A stretch of DNA of 63,364 nucleotides, counting the filler, from Phoronis australis (lineage: Eukaryota; Animalia; Phoronida): NCBI GenBank assembly GCA_002633005.1. It is 12 parts of 12 records of this genome, joined end to end, with 100 filler letters (N's around TTAATTAATTAA, not from the genome) between each part and the next. Parts side by side here need not be neighbours in the genome. Positions count along the whole stretch, not along the records: positions 60,638 to 63,364 come from NMRA01003465.1; 11 more parts are not named here. One strand, written 5' to 3'. A model generated the notes under the pieces. The model saw only the letters and a program-made list of their open reading frames with translations, did not search any database and was not told the DNA's origin. The translations under genes were made by a program, and so were the position numbers. Positions 63,221 through 63,364 of this stretch are shown here, in pieces (position 1 is the first letter of the stretch; every line of letters begins with the position of its first letter).

Positions 63221-63364
63221 CATTATTTGATTATGAAATAAACAAATAATAACGGTAACGATGAAATATTACCATACTAATTTACACAAAAAAAGTCTTG
63301 CAAAACAAGACTCGCCAAATTGTAATGGTAACTGGCACACCGGAAGACCCGGGATTGTTTGTAA

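Overview
This is AT-rich eukaryotic DNA from an animal, probably a marine invertebrate. It is not one locus. Eleven identical 100-bp spacers (44 N + TTAATTAATTAA + 44 N) join 12 small scaffolds, so adjacency across spacers carries no meaning. Host genes seen: the last five exons of a DCAF5/WDR22 orthologue (33158-38530), the last two exons of a FAM166/CIMIP2-family gene (56087-56924), the first two coding exons of an unidentified proline-rich protein (534-1349), and a probable orphan first exon (40303-40365). The rest is mostly transposon debris: two Kolobok-like deletion derivatives (THAP transposase convergent with a P2X7-ballast/KolX-like ORF), an Academ-type RecQ relic, hAT, L1/Tx1 and Gypsy relics, and several MITE families with readable TSDs of 3, 4, 5 and about 8 bp. 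The most interesting signals are (1) a Helentron/HINE-like element whose ~145-bp satellite monomers each carry a co-oriented CTCF-like motif, a candidate mobile insulator array, and (2) two abutting perfect palindromes of 61 and 75 bp at 3891-4023. All family assignments come from motif recognition by eye, not from database searches.
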